From Chromera velia (Eukaryota): a stretch of DNA of 48,144 nucleotides. Positions 11,701 to 23,411 of this stretch are shown here, in pieces. The first letter of the stretch is position 1; each line of letters starts with the position of its first letter. Location of the stretch: contig JAHBMJ010000412.1 in the NCBI GenBank assembly GCA_018398765.1, positions 1 through 48,144 on the forward strand. The letters are read 5' to 3'. Below the pieces are notes generated by a model. That model had not been told where the DNA came from. It made no database searches and was given only the letters and a program-made list of their open reading frames with translations. Both the position numbers and the translations under genes were made by a program.

Positions 11701-14700
11701 TGCGAGAACGGTATGAAGATAGGGCAGGCTGCTCGTCCTCCTCCTCATATTCAAGACAAGGGGGCGGCAAAGGAGCAAAACTAACGACGCGGCCCCCCGG
11801 GTTCTCTTCCAGCTCTCTAACCAGACCACCTGCTCCCATGAAGGAAGAGGGACTCTCTCTTGCTTGAGGGCTTCCCCAGTGGTCGGAGGACCGGAAGGTG
11901 GACGCAAGAGAGGAATGCGTGAGGAGACGGTTGTCTTCGTGCCTTACTGCTTGAACCTGATCCATCCTGACTGGATGAATACGTGGGGGGCCGAGATGGC
12001 GGTCGTTCTGTTCAATGATCTCATGCCTCAATGGGAGTTTGCAGACTGAGGGCTGGTCTGGCACAAGCTCACGAACACAGTCAGAAGGGGCGATCCAGTG
12101 TCGCACTGTTTCAAGACCATTCGAATCCATACTGCGGGAACTTTGTGCACCAGAAGAGACTGGCTGTCTCCCTCCCTCCTGCACTTTGTCAGACTTCTCG
12201 CTGGGACTCTTACTACTGAAAGGCGGAGAACCAGGAGGTCGTTGCTTGGGGGCAAAAAGGGTTTCCCCATGCGAAGGTGGAGGAACTGAAGAGAGGTGAT
12301 CCCCTTCCGCATCTTTTCGAGAGTCTCGGAGACGAGACTTCTCCAAGGGCTGGGGGGGATGTTTCTGCGTGGGTAGAAGACCCACAGACCCTTCTGTGAA
12401 AGTCCTGTCCCCCCCGCTTTGATTGTCTGGAACAGACTTTCCAAAGGAACCCGCCACAAGGATTTGAGTCTTCTGCCTTTGGTCCATGTGACTGCACTCT
12501 TCTTTCGAGTCTTCCCTCTTCCGTCCTTTCTCTTTCTCCTTATGACTGCTGCTACTGTGCCCTGTATAGTCTGGAAGGGGGGGAAGGTCTGAAGGCCAAC
12601 GGAAGTCTCTCTCTGCCTGCCTGTGTGTCTGCCACTGAGAGAGATTGGCTTCTGAGGAGCATCGCTTTGGAAGTGAAGACAATTCGCGGGTGGGAATGAG
12701 GACGCGTGAGCGCAGCGAGAGGGAAGGGATCGAATTGGGAGGGGTCAGACCACTCCGGAGAGAAACGTGATATACCTTCTCAGGAGTCTGTTTGTCAAGA
12801 AGAGAGGAAGACTTGGTTTGCGAGACCGTTTTGGGTTGGTCCTCTTCAACTGAAGGTTTTTTCGCTTTTTCTTTCACCTTCTGGGAGAGAGAATGAGCAT
12901 CTGTCTGATCGAGTGGCCCCCCAAGCCACGTGGGAGACGTCGGAAGGTCGCTGGGGGGTTGGGCTGGGGGCGGGGGGGAGGCAAGGGACGGAAAGGGAAA
13001 GGCCCCACCCGCACGAGCGGAATGACGCCTCCGGGTTGCTGCAACGGCGTCTCTGAGATGTCGAGGGGGGCCTCTCTTTGTGTTGCGATCAGGATCATGG
13101 GAGGGGAGTCGGGAGTCGTTAGTGCCTTGACTGAGAAGATGAGGAACGGAAGAGGGAAGCCTCTCGTTCTGAGAGGACGACAAATTATTTGGACTTTTGA
13201 TAATCTCGGTTTCCTTCTCAGGAGAGAAAAAGTGACCTCCATTTTCAGTCAAAGAGTGAGGATTGCTATGCAGTATTCCTTCCTTCTTTGGAAGAGAGTT
13301 GGGGAATTCGTCTACCAGTTCAACTTTCTTACTCGTTTCATTTCTTTCAGAAACGGTCTTTCTTTCCCCTCCTTCCCCTCCCTCCTCCTCGCTTTGCGCT
13401 ACACCGATAAGCCCCTCTTCCATGCACTTTCCCTGATCTTGAATTTGTACTACCCCCATCTCTGTCTTCGTCTCCCTCTCCTCTGCACACACGCCCATGT
13501 GGAGGGTGACCTGTCCGATCCCCCCCTGTATTATTCCCTGGTCTGAACTACCTCGGCCTTCCTCTGTTTTCAATTTGCTCTTTTCGTCTATCTTCTCATT
13601 AGCATCTATGGCTGATTCGAGAAGGGAGATTTTCGAGTGGCACAGACGCAGAAAAAGGAGAGCGCACAGAGAAAGGACAGAGAGAAGGACAGACAGCAAC
13701 AAAAACAAACAGAAGAGGTGCGACAGAACCAAACGGGGCGAGAATGCGGTAAAACTGTTCTGGTTGTTACCAGAGAAAGAGAGTATGCTTCTGTTTTCCG
13801 CTGCGGTGCCGTTTGAGAACGAGGAGGAGGGGTGTTCAAGTCTCGAATGGAGTGTAAGTAAAACAAAAGGAATCAGAGATGCTGTGAGAATTCCAGACGC
13901 TGTAATCAGGATCAGACACGGCGGCAGGATTCTTTCTTCTCCTTCTTCCCTTTGAACGCTCAGATACTTTTCCGTGATCCAATTGGAGTGACTGTCTCTG
14001 CCGGGGTGAGAAGAACCGGAGAGCTCTATTTCGTCTTTTCCCTCCTGTGCTTCCTCTTCCTCTTCACCAGCCCCCTCTCTGATCAAACTCGAGACTGTGC
14101 TTTCTGAAGTGCCCAACAGGCTCATCACTCGAGTTGCTGCCCCTGCTGCAACCCCACAGACACAGAGAATGCCGACTGTCGCCATTGTCAGAAGAGGAAA
14201 AAGCCCGACGACTCTACTGCGTTCATTATGTCTGCTCAAATCACCAGAAGACGACATTCCTAAATTGTCATCGCCGTCCTTTCCCTTTCCCAGGGGTGTG
14301 TCACCTACACCACCAAACACCCAAGCAACAACAAACCAGCACAGGGCCTGCAGGACCTCCCAGCCCAAGGCTGATCGAATCGCCTGCCCAACAAAAAGAA
14401 AGGGGGCCTGTCTGTTACCGTAACGATATGCCCTTTTCTCTCCTCCGTGCCGCTCCGCAGGCCGGACCCTTTTCTCTTGCGTTACCCCAACATTTCTGCA
14501 TTCAGAGAAGAGACAGAAAGAATAGTTTACAGTAATTTCACGACACGTCTGGCTGAAAGAAATTTGCGATACGTAAGGCTCTGCTGTGTTCAGAAGAAAA
14601 ACGAGAGGGCGTCTGCCCCCTTGGGTGAAAACAAAAAAAACAGGACAAATTGATATTATCGGTGGCGCAGTCTCCATCCAATACATTCTCCTCTCTCCCC

Positions 14701-16908
14701 ATCTTTCTGGTACTCGATGAGCCCATTCCTGCCCACAGGGGACTTTCCGTACATTGAGAGCAGGAATGCATGCTGACGTGAAGATGCTTTGGACAACAGA
14801 TCGGGATGGAGGGAGCAATGCAAAAGAATTTACTGAAAATTCATTATCAAGCAAACAAAAAATGAAAGCAGGCAAAACACTTCTTTTCCCATTCCTTGGC
14901 TGCTCGCTACGTCATGGCTGCCTCTTTTTGTCTAAGACTTTCATGAGATAGAGCTCCCGCTGTCTGACCTGCTTGTTGCCGCTCCAGAGTGCGACTGTTG
15001 ACGTGGACCTTTACGGAGCACCCCACGGGCCGATCTGCCGCCCTGATCCGCGCACTGAGGGGGGGAAATCGGCACGGCAACAGGGCTGCCGACGAACCGG
15101 GAGCTCGGAGGGGGAGTGGTGGGAAGCATGAGGGCTACAGCGAACAGCTGGATTGCAGGGAGGAGGGCGGGTAAGGCGTTTCGCAGGAAGATCGACAGAA
15201 GCATCTGAATGAGATGATGATGATGAGGGGGCGGGTTTTCTTCAAAACTCAAGGGCCTGGCGTCGGTCTGATTTGTTTGGGTTGGGTTGAAACTGGGAGT
15301 CTCTTCAGAGGGCGTTGAATCGATCTGGGGGTGTTGGTCACTGGGGGGGTGCAGAGGAAAGGGATCAGGGGGAAAGAAAGTGTAGTTGACTAGAGATACC
15401 TGGAGAAACACGACTGAAATGATCTTTAAGGAGAGATCGGCAGCGGACATTTTTGCAAGGAGACGAAAGAAGGGTGGAATATGCCTTCTCTGCTCTGCCT
15501 TTGCTTCTGCTTCACTTTCAGCATTGGGAAGAGAGCTGCCAGAAAGTGCAGTAGCCGTGCCTGCCTTTAGACGTTCAGACAAGGCAAGAGGCGCTGGGCA
15601 TTCTGCAAGCGTTTTCTGAGGAGACAGAAGGAGAAAAGTGCCCAAAACCCCCTCTAGCAACGACAGCTGGTTACACTTTTGTTCTTCCCGGTGTTTCACT
15701 GGTTCTGTGCAGATCCCACTGCCTCCTTCTTCCTCTTCCCTTCCTGTCCCCGATCTGCCATTGATCTGCCTCCCCTCTCTGCTCTCCGTAATCCATTCAC
15801 CCTCAGGGCCAACACTGCTTGGAGAGTCTGCCATGGCAGAAGGAAGACCAGAGGCTGAACGTTCTCTCAGCTTCTCAGATGCACAGTCTTGCCCTTCGGC
15901 ATTCTTTCCCTCCTTCACCCTCTCTTCGTCTTGAAGTTTTGGCGCTCTGACTATGCTGCTGCTTCCAGGTGCGGGCCCAAAGCTATAGAACCATTGCACA
16001 ACGCGAACGCTCACACAGACGAAAAACACAGATGAGAGCACAACGAGGTCTACTGCGACCGCCAGTGCAAAAGCCGGCAGAGAAAGCAGTCCGAGATTGG
16101 AAGCTAGCCCCCCTCTGTTGGAGCCTTCAACGGATCCCCAAAACCCGCTGCTCTGGCTGCAAAAAGCAACGACTGCGAGAAGAACCCACGCAAGAAGAAA
16201 GCCCAACGAAAGGAGCAGCAGCCTTCCCCTAGAATCCCCTCTTTTGTGGACTTCGCCTCTCAGAAAGCCGCATCTTTCTTTCTCTGCCTCTCGAAGCAGG
16301 TGCACACCCATCGGGATTCCACAGGAGATGCCGATTGCAAAAGTCAGGACTCCTGCCAGTACTGCGGTTGCAACATTTCCGTTCCACCCCTGTGTTGCAC
16401 TTGCCTCCTCTGTGTTGTTGCTCAACAGGAGCCTCAATTCGAGAAGAGAGAAGACAATGAGGAGTAAGTCACAGATAAAGTGGATGACCACCCATCTCCC
16501 AGTGTGTTTCACGCACGCCCTCAGCAAAGGTGGGAAACGCCAAAGAGAGAGGAAAAGGCCCAACAAAAAGAGGAACACATGTGGGATACGAAGAAAATTT
16601 TCACGTCCAGGGACTTGCAGATTTCCGAATGCGAGCACACCACAAGAAAACAATATCCATGGACTCTTCGCAAGGAAGCAATCCGTCAGTGAACGGAACT
16701 GCTCCATGGTGCAACACGTAAAGCGAAACTCTTTTGTTTCAAACAACAGTGACAGGTAACTCCTATATCCTGTCCCTGCGTTAATGTGTCGGAGCGGAAG
16801 TTCAACTCTTCTGCGCAGCCAATCAAACCAGTGGACCAGGCCTCCCTCTGACACGTCGTGAGCTAGTGGATTCGGCCCTCTTGAAGGAAACTTATCGAGC
16901 CTCCTCCT
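8714..16908 (-). CDS. Large multi-pass membrane protein with a long low-complexity tail (~2,500 aa), function unknown
   Basis: ORFs 14941-16854 and 8714-14875 join in frame through a phase-2 intron 14496-14968 (AG|GTCAGA...TGCAG|A, Arg codon). Roughly 10 or more hydrophobic segments lie in the first ~900 aa, followed by ~1,600 aa rich in S/P/E/G. The frame is open to 16908; the start codon is uncertain (first in-frame ATG ~16707). Confidence 0.7.
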
Positions 16909-16945
16909 CTACATATAAATATACATGCAAATTAACTGCATCTTA

Positions 16946-17345
16946 TCTACTATACTTAAGGCAGGGACGCTTTTATTTGTAGCCACACGCGCCTGCATGC
17001 GTTTTTTTAGACACACGCGCGGGGGGCGCGGGGGCCCCGGAAAGACCACCGCCAAAAATGGTCCCGCAAGCGAAAAATTAACCAAACGCTACGGGTGAGT
17101 GCCTTGCGCGCGCCGCGCCATATGACTTGCGCCCGCGAAAAGGGTGAGTGCCTTGGAATTCAAATTATCCGGCTGGGGACATTTGACGGGCCATAAATGT
17201 TTGACGGGCCAGGAATATTTGACGGGCCAGGAATATTTGACGGGCCAGAAATATTTGACAGGCCAGGCTATATTGTTTGACGGGCAGGGATATTTGATGA
17301 GCCTGGCAGTCTTGACCGGCTTCTTTTTTTGACAGGCCAGGCTAG
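16946..17345 (+). mobile_element. Non-autonomous Helitron-like element (~400 bp)
   Basis: 5' end A|TCTACTATACTTAAG, 3' end CTAG|T (A^T insertion site, no TSD). Terminal GCCTGGC...GCCAGGC hairpin (17301-17342). Internal 18-bp tandem array. Confidence 0.6.
17179..17340. repeat. 18-bp tandem repeat (ATTTGACGGGCCAGGAAT consensus), ~8-9 copies
   Basis: TTTGACGGGCCA units read directly in 17179-17340; they produce the spurious LTGQEY peptide ORF. Confidence 0.9.
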
Positions 17346-17454
17346 TTTATAAATCAATGCATGCATGCATGTTGATTGCATGCATGCATGTGCAAGCCGG
17401 GGGAAGCCGGCCGCGGTACAGATGGGTGTGGCCGCGTGATCACAGTTTCTGACG

Positions 17455-18095
17455 CTCTCCAAAGCTGCGGCGTTAATTCGAGATAAATAGATAAGAGGTT
17501 CAGGGACCCACTCTCCAAAGCTGCATTTGGGATGTACAAACATATAAGAGGTTGAGGGACCTACTCTCCAAAGCTGCGTTTGGGACAAACAGATAAGAGA
17601 TTCATGCAGGGACCCACGCTCCAAAGCTGCATTTGGGACAAATAAATAAAAGGTTCAGGGACCCACCCTCCGGGTCAATGCTGTGTTGGGGACTAATAGA
17701 TAAAGCGTTGAGGGACCTGGTCTCTAAAGCTGCGTTGGAGACAATTAAACTAACGATGAACTTCTAAATTAAATCAATAAGATATGATAATTAAGACGCG
17801 TTCAAAGATTCACTATCTAACTACGTTCAAAACAAAAAGACAAGAGGTTCAGGAAGCGACTCTTCAAAGTTGTGTTTAGAATAACTAGATAAAAGATTTA
17901 GGGAACCACTGTCACAATTAAGTTGTATTAAAAAAAAAATCGATAAAAAAATCAGGAGTTAAGTCTCTAATTTAAAGCTACGTTGGGAATAAATAGATTA
18001 AAATAGATTGCAGATTCAGGAACTCAATCTGTAATCATGATACTGCATGAGGAACAAATAAATAAGAAGTTCAGGAACCAAACCTTTAAATAGAA
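17455..18095. repeat. ~50-56-bp minisatellite, ~12 copies, progressively degenerate
   Basis: Unit ~CTCTCCAAAGCTGCRTTTGGGACAAAYAGATAAGAGGTTCAGGGACCCA at 17455, 17511, 17564, 17617 and onward, decaying to AT-rich versions by ~18090. Confidence 0.85.
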
Positions 18096-18480
18096 GTAGG
18101 TATATTTAAAATTTGTAAATTTGAATATGATTTGATTTCTTAAAAGTTTGAAGAACAGTAAAAATGAAACGTTTAGTTCCATATGCATAGAGACTTCTGC
18201 TATGTACATGTCAGCACAGCTTCATCTAAATTTCTCTCTGAAATACGTTGTGATTCGTGAAGCAGCACTGGAGCTGGAAAAGAAACAAAGAAGCGGTCGA
18301 CTTGTAGAGAAGCAATCTAGATATGGTAGAAAGAGAACCTTTTGCATGCGAGTGCGAGTGTTCTTTTCTCAGCCGGGCCCCTCCTCTCTCCATCCCCCTC
18401 TCTGTCGAGGACGCCAAAGGCACCCTAGACCCCTCCATTCGGTGCTGCCTCTGCCCTTGCCGGAAGAGTGCCCCCGTTCT

Positions 18481-21400
18481 TCATCCCCGTTGGTCTGAAG
18501 AGGAAGAAGAGGACGAGGAGGAAGCGGAAGACGAGGAGGAGGAGGCGGAAGAGGACGAAGAAGAGGAAGAGCTCTGCATTGTTGTGCCGCGCCCCTTTGT
18601 TAAGATGGGAGGACGACCCGGAGCCTGCAGACGCGAAGGCTGGGGCTGCTGCTGCTGTTGTTGCTCTTGGTTTACGATGCCAGCGGGCCGAGGGTGGACT
18701 ATGCCTTGTGGGGGCTGGCGGGCAAATGTGGGTGGAAACGGCGCACAGAAGGGGAGGGGCATCTGCTGGGATGCTGCCAGGAGATGAACTTGGGAGGGAC
18801 TCAAGGAGAGGTCAAACCAGGAATAGGGATTGTTTGGGTTTGGAGGGCCACGCGGGGGGTGTCCTGTTGAATCTCGAGTGCCCCGGGGGATGGCAGAGTG
18901 TCTAGAGGACCCCGGCATACCACCCGATGCCGCTCTCTGGGTTGCTTGGGAGAGAGATGCGGGGGCCCTTGAGGGCCCTGTAGAAGAAGAGGGAGGGGGG
19001 CGGAAAGTTTCCTGTTGGCCTTTCGGTTGGACAGCTGTGGTGAGGCTGGGACTGGAAATCAGACTAGTCTGCTCGGACTTGGAGGCGTCGTGGTTTTTCT
19101 TGATGGGCACAGAGAGGGGCAGGGGGACTGCAAAGGGGGGGGGGAGAAATTGGTTGGGTTTGAGAATAGTGGGGGGGGGCTGTCCCTGTAAACAGGGGAA
19201 GTCTGTGGAGTGGGGAGTTTTTTTTGTCATCGGCTGGGAGGAAGAGGATGGTGTAGGTGCCTTTCTTTTGAGGCCTGTTGGCTGTTTTGCTCCCCCCATG
19301 GTCTTCATGAACTTTTCTGAGGAGAGACCCTGAAAAGATTTTAGATCGGAATGACCGGTCAGGCTCGACACACAAGCCTGTGGTCTGATCTGAGAGGACA
19401 ATCCGATCTGTCTCTCTGTCTCTGTTTGTGGGGGTCTGGTGACTGTGAGAGAGAAGGAACTTTGCTGCGCTTCAGCCTCATCTTCCTCCTCTTCTTCGTC
19501 TTCCTCTTCATCTTCAAAATGTGAGGATTCTTCTTCTGCTGCTGCTCTGCTGTGTTCAGATTCTCTTTTCTCATCCTCCGCTTTCCCTTTCCCTCCCACC
19601 TCCTCCTCATCCTCCTCTTCGTCGATGCCGTCCGAAGAGTCGAAGGTGAAGGTCTCTCTGTCAATGTCGTTGGCGTCCTCGATGTCCTTCAGCTGCTCGA
19701 GTCTGTACTGCAATTCTTTCACAGGGGGTCGAGAGGCAGGCAGGCAGGAAGGGAGGGAGGGATGCACTTCGTGAGAGGGCATGCCAATCCTTCAATCAGC
19801 ACGAAAATTGGGAGAAGAGGAAAGAGCGAAATCCATAAAAGCACTCACCACCGTTGACACACAGGGTATTCAAACTTTGCGCTTTCTCGCGGGACCAGCA
19901 AAGAGGAAGAAAGGATAAAACGAAAGGAAAAGAAAGGAAAAAAGGAAAGGAAAAGAAACGAGAAAAGGCAAGGAAAGAAAAAAAAGACACAGCAGAGGAC
20001 ACATGCACTTGATCGATCATTGTGATGCATGAGCAAACACCTGCATGTCCCTGACTCCCCCCTCCCTCCAAAAAAAGCTGTCCCTGACCAACCAGAGCAT
20101 GCTTGAGTATCGCCTCGACTTTCCATCGACTCTGCAGAGGAAGAAGACGAAGGAGCAGAAAAATGAAAACACCTCATCAGGAAGAAACTCTGCAAGAAAT
20201 GCGAAACGGTAAGAAAGAAACTAGGGGAACCAGCCGCCCCCCAGATGGAAAGAAGAACTGTCCAAAGAGTCAGCCAAGAACAACAGGAGAAACAAAAGAA
20301 ACCAAGTTCCACTTCCTGGAGAACGCATCGGACACAAAAAGACAAAAGCATCAAAGTGAAACGAAAAGAAACAAAAGGGCCATGAAGCGGCCCGGCCATT
20401 CATGCAAACTACCCAGGCAAGCTCTGTACCTCACCTCCATTTGATGATCGATGGCGAGAATGGATGGATCATATTGCATCACGATCAGGCCCAAAGAAGC
20501 TGCAAGCACACAGACAGATTGATAGAATCAGGCAGGCAGGCAGTAATGTCACCCTCTTCTTTCTTACTTCCTCTTCAGGCAGACGTGCATCTGCATGGGC
20601 ATTGAGGCCTTTGCCTCCCGCCCGTTGCCTTCTGTTTATGGCTTCGTTCACTGCATGCCTCAAAAGGGCACTTGGAAAAGTCATTTCAAATGCCAGACAG
20701 ATTTATCTCTCTTCCGTCTTCCTCCTTCTTCTCTGCCTACTTCTTCTCCATTCAGCCAGCTGATCGACCCCACCCCCCACACTGACGCACGCACGTCTAA
20801 AGTGATGATGATCGAAGTTCAGCCACACGAACTCGCACTCGTCAGGGGAGAGACCCACAGCGTCACTTATCTGCACAAACCCAAGAAGAAGAAGAAGAAG
20901 AAGAAGAAGAAGAAGGAGAAGTCAGTCACTGAACTCCACTGGTACGTCTCGTGTATGATCCTGTATGCACTCACTAGCTCACAATACGAAACTTGACTGA
21001 GGGGTGCAGAGGGAGAGTCGACCGGCTGCCATTGGGGGACTCACGGACCTTTCTCCAGTCAGGCGGCCAGGTATGTTGACCCGGGCGTTCGAAGATCTGC
21101 ATGCATGCACAGCAGCGAACTTACAGAATGAAAAGAAAGAATGAAAAGAAAGAAAGGAAGCAGGGTTCTGTGCCAGAGGCGGAAAGGAAGCTGAGATTTT
21201 GCAATGGATCAGCAGATGGAGGCATCAAGCAAAGGGTCGGGTTGACGGAGAAAGGGAAGAGCAGAAGGAGGCCGGAGGCAAAGGCGGAGAGGAGAGGGTA
21301 AGCAAACAAGGGTGGATAACAGTCGAAACGCACGACGAAAGGTGTAGCACGGCAGACAGCTGAAACAGGGCGGCAGCACTGTAGAAGAAGACCAGAGGGA

Positions 21401-21745
21401 ACGCGATTTGGAGACTCCGTTGTTGCCACTTCGTCGATGATCAGAAGAACAGAAATGCAACTGCAATCTACTTCCTTCTCTTGGAGACTTGCAAGGGTGT
21501 ATCCTCACCGAAAAGGGGCAATAACTGCACAGTTACTTACTGACAGCTGCAGTGACGTTCTTGGCCAAAGCGACGAATCGCCCGAGGGTGAGCCAGATGG
21601 CTTTTGAGTATGCAGGGTGGGGACTCAGGTGGAACTGGGGGGCAATGGTCTCATCGACGATGCTTTGCACTTGTTGTTCTGCTTCTTGTTCAGTGCAAGG
21701 TTGTATGAGTGCACCCCCCTCTTGACAAGCGATAACAGACTCCAT
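18481..21745 (-). CDS. Hypothetical protein (~620 aa): ~200-aa globular N-terminal region, then acidic and Pro/Ser/Gln-rich tail
   Basis: Phase-compatible GT-AG model: 21745-21541, 21359-21334, 21096-20983, 20870-20795, 20650-20585, 20499-20435, 20131-20093, 19885-19849, 19715-18481 (1,863 nt, no internal stop). Spliced text includes ...ISDAVGLSPDECEFVWLNFDHHHFR...SRWKVEAILKHAL...ELQYRLEQLKDIED. Some splice sites are weak. Confidence 0.6.
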
Positions 21746-22049
21746 TGGGGAAAGCGATCTTTGGATGGATCACTTGAAGGTCTGTGTGGATTTTTTAGAT
21801 CGGAATGGCGGCTGAAAGCTTGGAGGACTTTAGGGAAATTTCAAAAGGGATCGAGGAGACGGATCGAGCGTCGACGTATCTGAAAGCGTGACTTGATGCG
21901 TCTAGAAGCGTGCGCAGAGACAAAAGCAAAAGTGGTTCCAGCAGACACAGCTGCATGTCTACATAATTTGAACGCACTTGAAGGTGTAACAATGACTCAC
22001 CGTCGTCCAGACTGTCAAAGGAGAGATTTTGTGACACATTCTGTCCGAC

Positions 22050-22400
22050 CAGGTGTTCCCTCGCGCTTCCGCTGTACGTGTTGCTCGAAGAATCTCGAAG
22101 ATGCTTGAGGGATGCTTAATTGAGGACCCGCGCGGGCGCAATTGAGCAGGTCAGTGCGAGTGGCTCTAAAAAGCAGCAAAAGCTCGTTTTCCTTGAGCGC
22201 GTCGGCGTCTTAAATTTCCGGCCCGGGCCATCTGCGTGAGACAGAAATACCGATACAGTTGCGTATTGAGATGAAATCATTTGAATTGCATGCATGCAAT
22301 GAAGAACGAGATTCAGGAGATTGTGCACGGGAGGGCACTGACTGCATGTGTGGCTGAGACTCTGGCCGCACTGGCAGTATTCAGAGAGAAAGCCTCACCA
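22050..22400. promoter_or_regulatory. Putative bidirectional promoter between divergent genes
   Basis: Head-to-head starts at 21745 (-) and 22682 (+). GC-rich palindromes CCCGCGCGGG (~22127) and GGCCCGGGCC (~22220), and TGCATGCATGCA (~22287). Confidence 0.45.
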
Positions 22401-22681
22401 GTTGAGAGCAGACAGACAGAGAGCGATTGGTTCTCTCAACAGCCGTACTGTCTGAGAACGATAAGAGAGAAAACGCGCGGAAGCTTGAGATAAGGATTCA
22501 AACACAAACCGGAAACTGGTGAAACAGCAGAGGCGCGCTCCTTCCGCCAGTCGGTCTTTCTCTGTTCTCAACCAGTTTGTTTTCGTACGGACCATTCCGA
22601 CGATGTCCATTAGAGGTTGATCAAACGGACATACGGACAGTCTCAGAAAGGTTGAAGAAGTCAGAGACGCACTTGAGGTCA

Positions 22682-23373
22682 ATGAGGCACCCACGTCGTT
22701 TTGTTTTGGTGCTGTCATGCGCCCTCTTTTTCATCAGTGGACACACAGCTCCAACATCAGTAGCAGCAGGAACATCTGGGCCAGGAGTAAAGAGCACAGA
22801 ATCAACTGAAGCCCCGTCCAGGGGGGACCACTTGGAAAAACGGCTTCCATCGGTTCGTTCGCATGCATGCAGATGCATGCATTCTTGTTTACCTTTTCCA
22901 TCTACACGCATCTGTGCCTGCATGTGCCTTAGCATGCGTGCAAGCAGAAAGCTGTCCTCCTCTCCCTCATCCTTCCCGGTTTGATGCCTCTTCGCCTCAC
23001 CTTCCCATCTCGCATAGAATGCCTGCGATGGTTTTAGGAAGAATTCCTCGGCTGATGTCTTCGACCGTTCGTGCATGTAGTCGTAGCCTCTGGCCGTCTG
23101 CGTGCGTTTGTTTCTCTTTATGTACGTGCACTTGATCATGTCTGAACTTACACAGAACAGGCAGAACGAATCATCATCTAATCATGCTGGCGCCTGCAGG
23201 CCTCTGTTCCCCCTCCATCGGCTTTCCTTTCACAACAAAGAGAGGTTGGTTGCTTTGTTGGTTGGTTGGACGCTCGGGGAGGGGGGGGGGGNNNNNNNNN
23301 NNGGGGGGGGGGGGGGGGGATTTTGAGTGGGACAAAGGGCACATAATGAAGTGGAGAGAGAGAGAGAGAGAAA

Positions 23374-23411
<38 letters not shown>

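Noticed and set aside
14496..14875. N-terminal ~126 aa of the 2053-aa ORF as real coding sequence
   Set aside because: Lies within the proposed intron, with a pyrimidine tract and TGCAG acceptor at 14496; stop-free by chance
17455..18095. CRISPR-like array
   Set aside because: The whole unit repeats with no unique spacers, there are no cas genes, and the context is eukaryotic; it is a minisatellite
20093..20131. Chromodomain-like WKVEAILKH
   Set aside because: The following exons lack the Y.VKW.G aromatic-cage motif
21425..21460. Walker-B-like VLLIIDEV on the minus strand
   Set aside because: The frame is closed by TGA shortly upstream, there is no Walker A, and it is probably intronic in the 9-exon model
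23018..23066. Extra exon NACDGFRKNSSADVFD in the secreted-protein gene
   Set aside because: Available donors give phase 1 or 2, incompatible with the flanking phase-0 exons; left out
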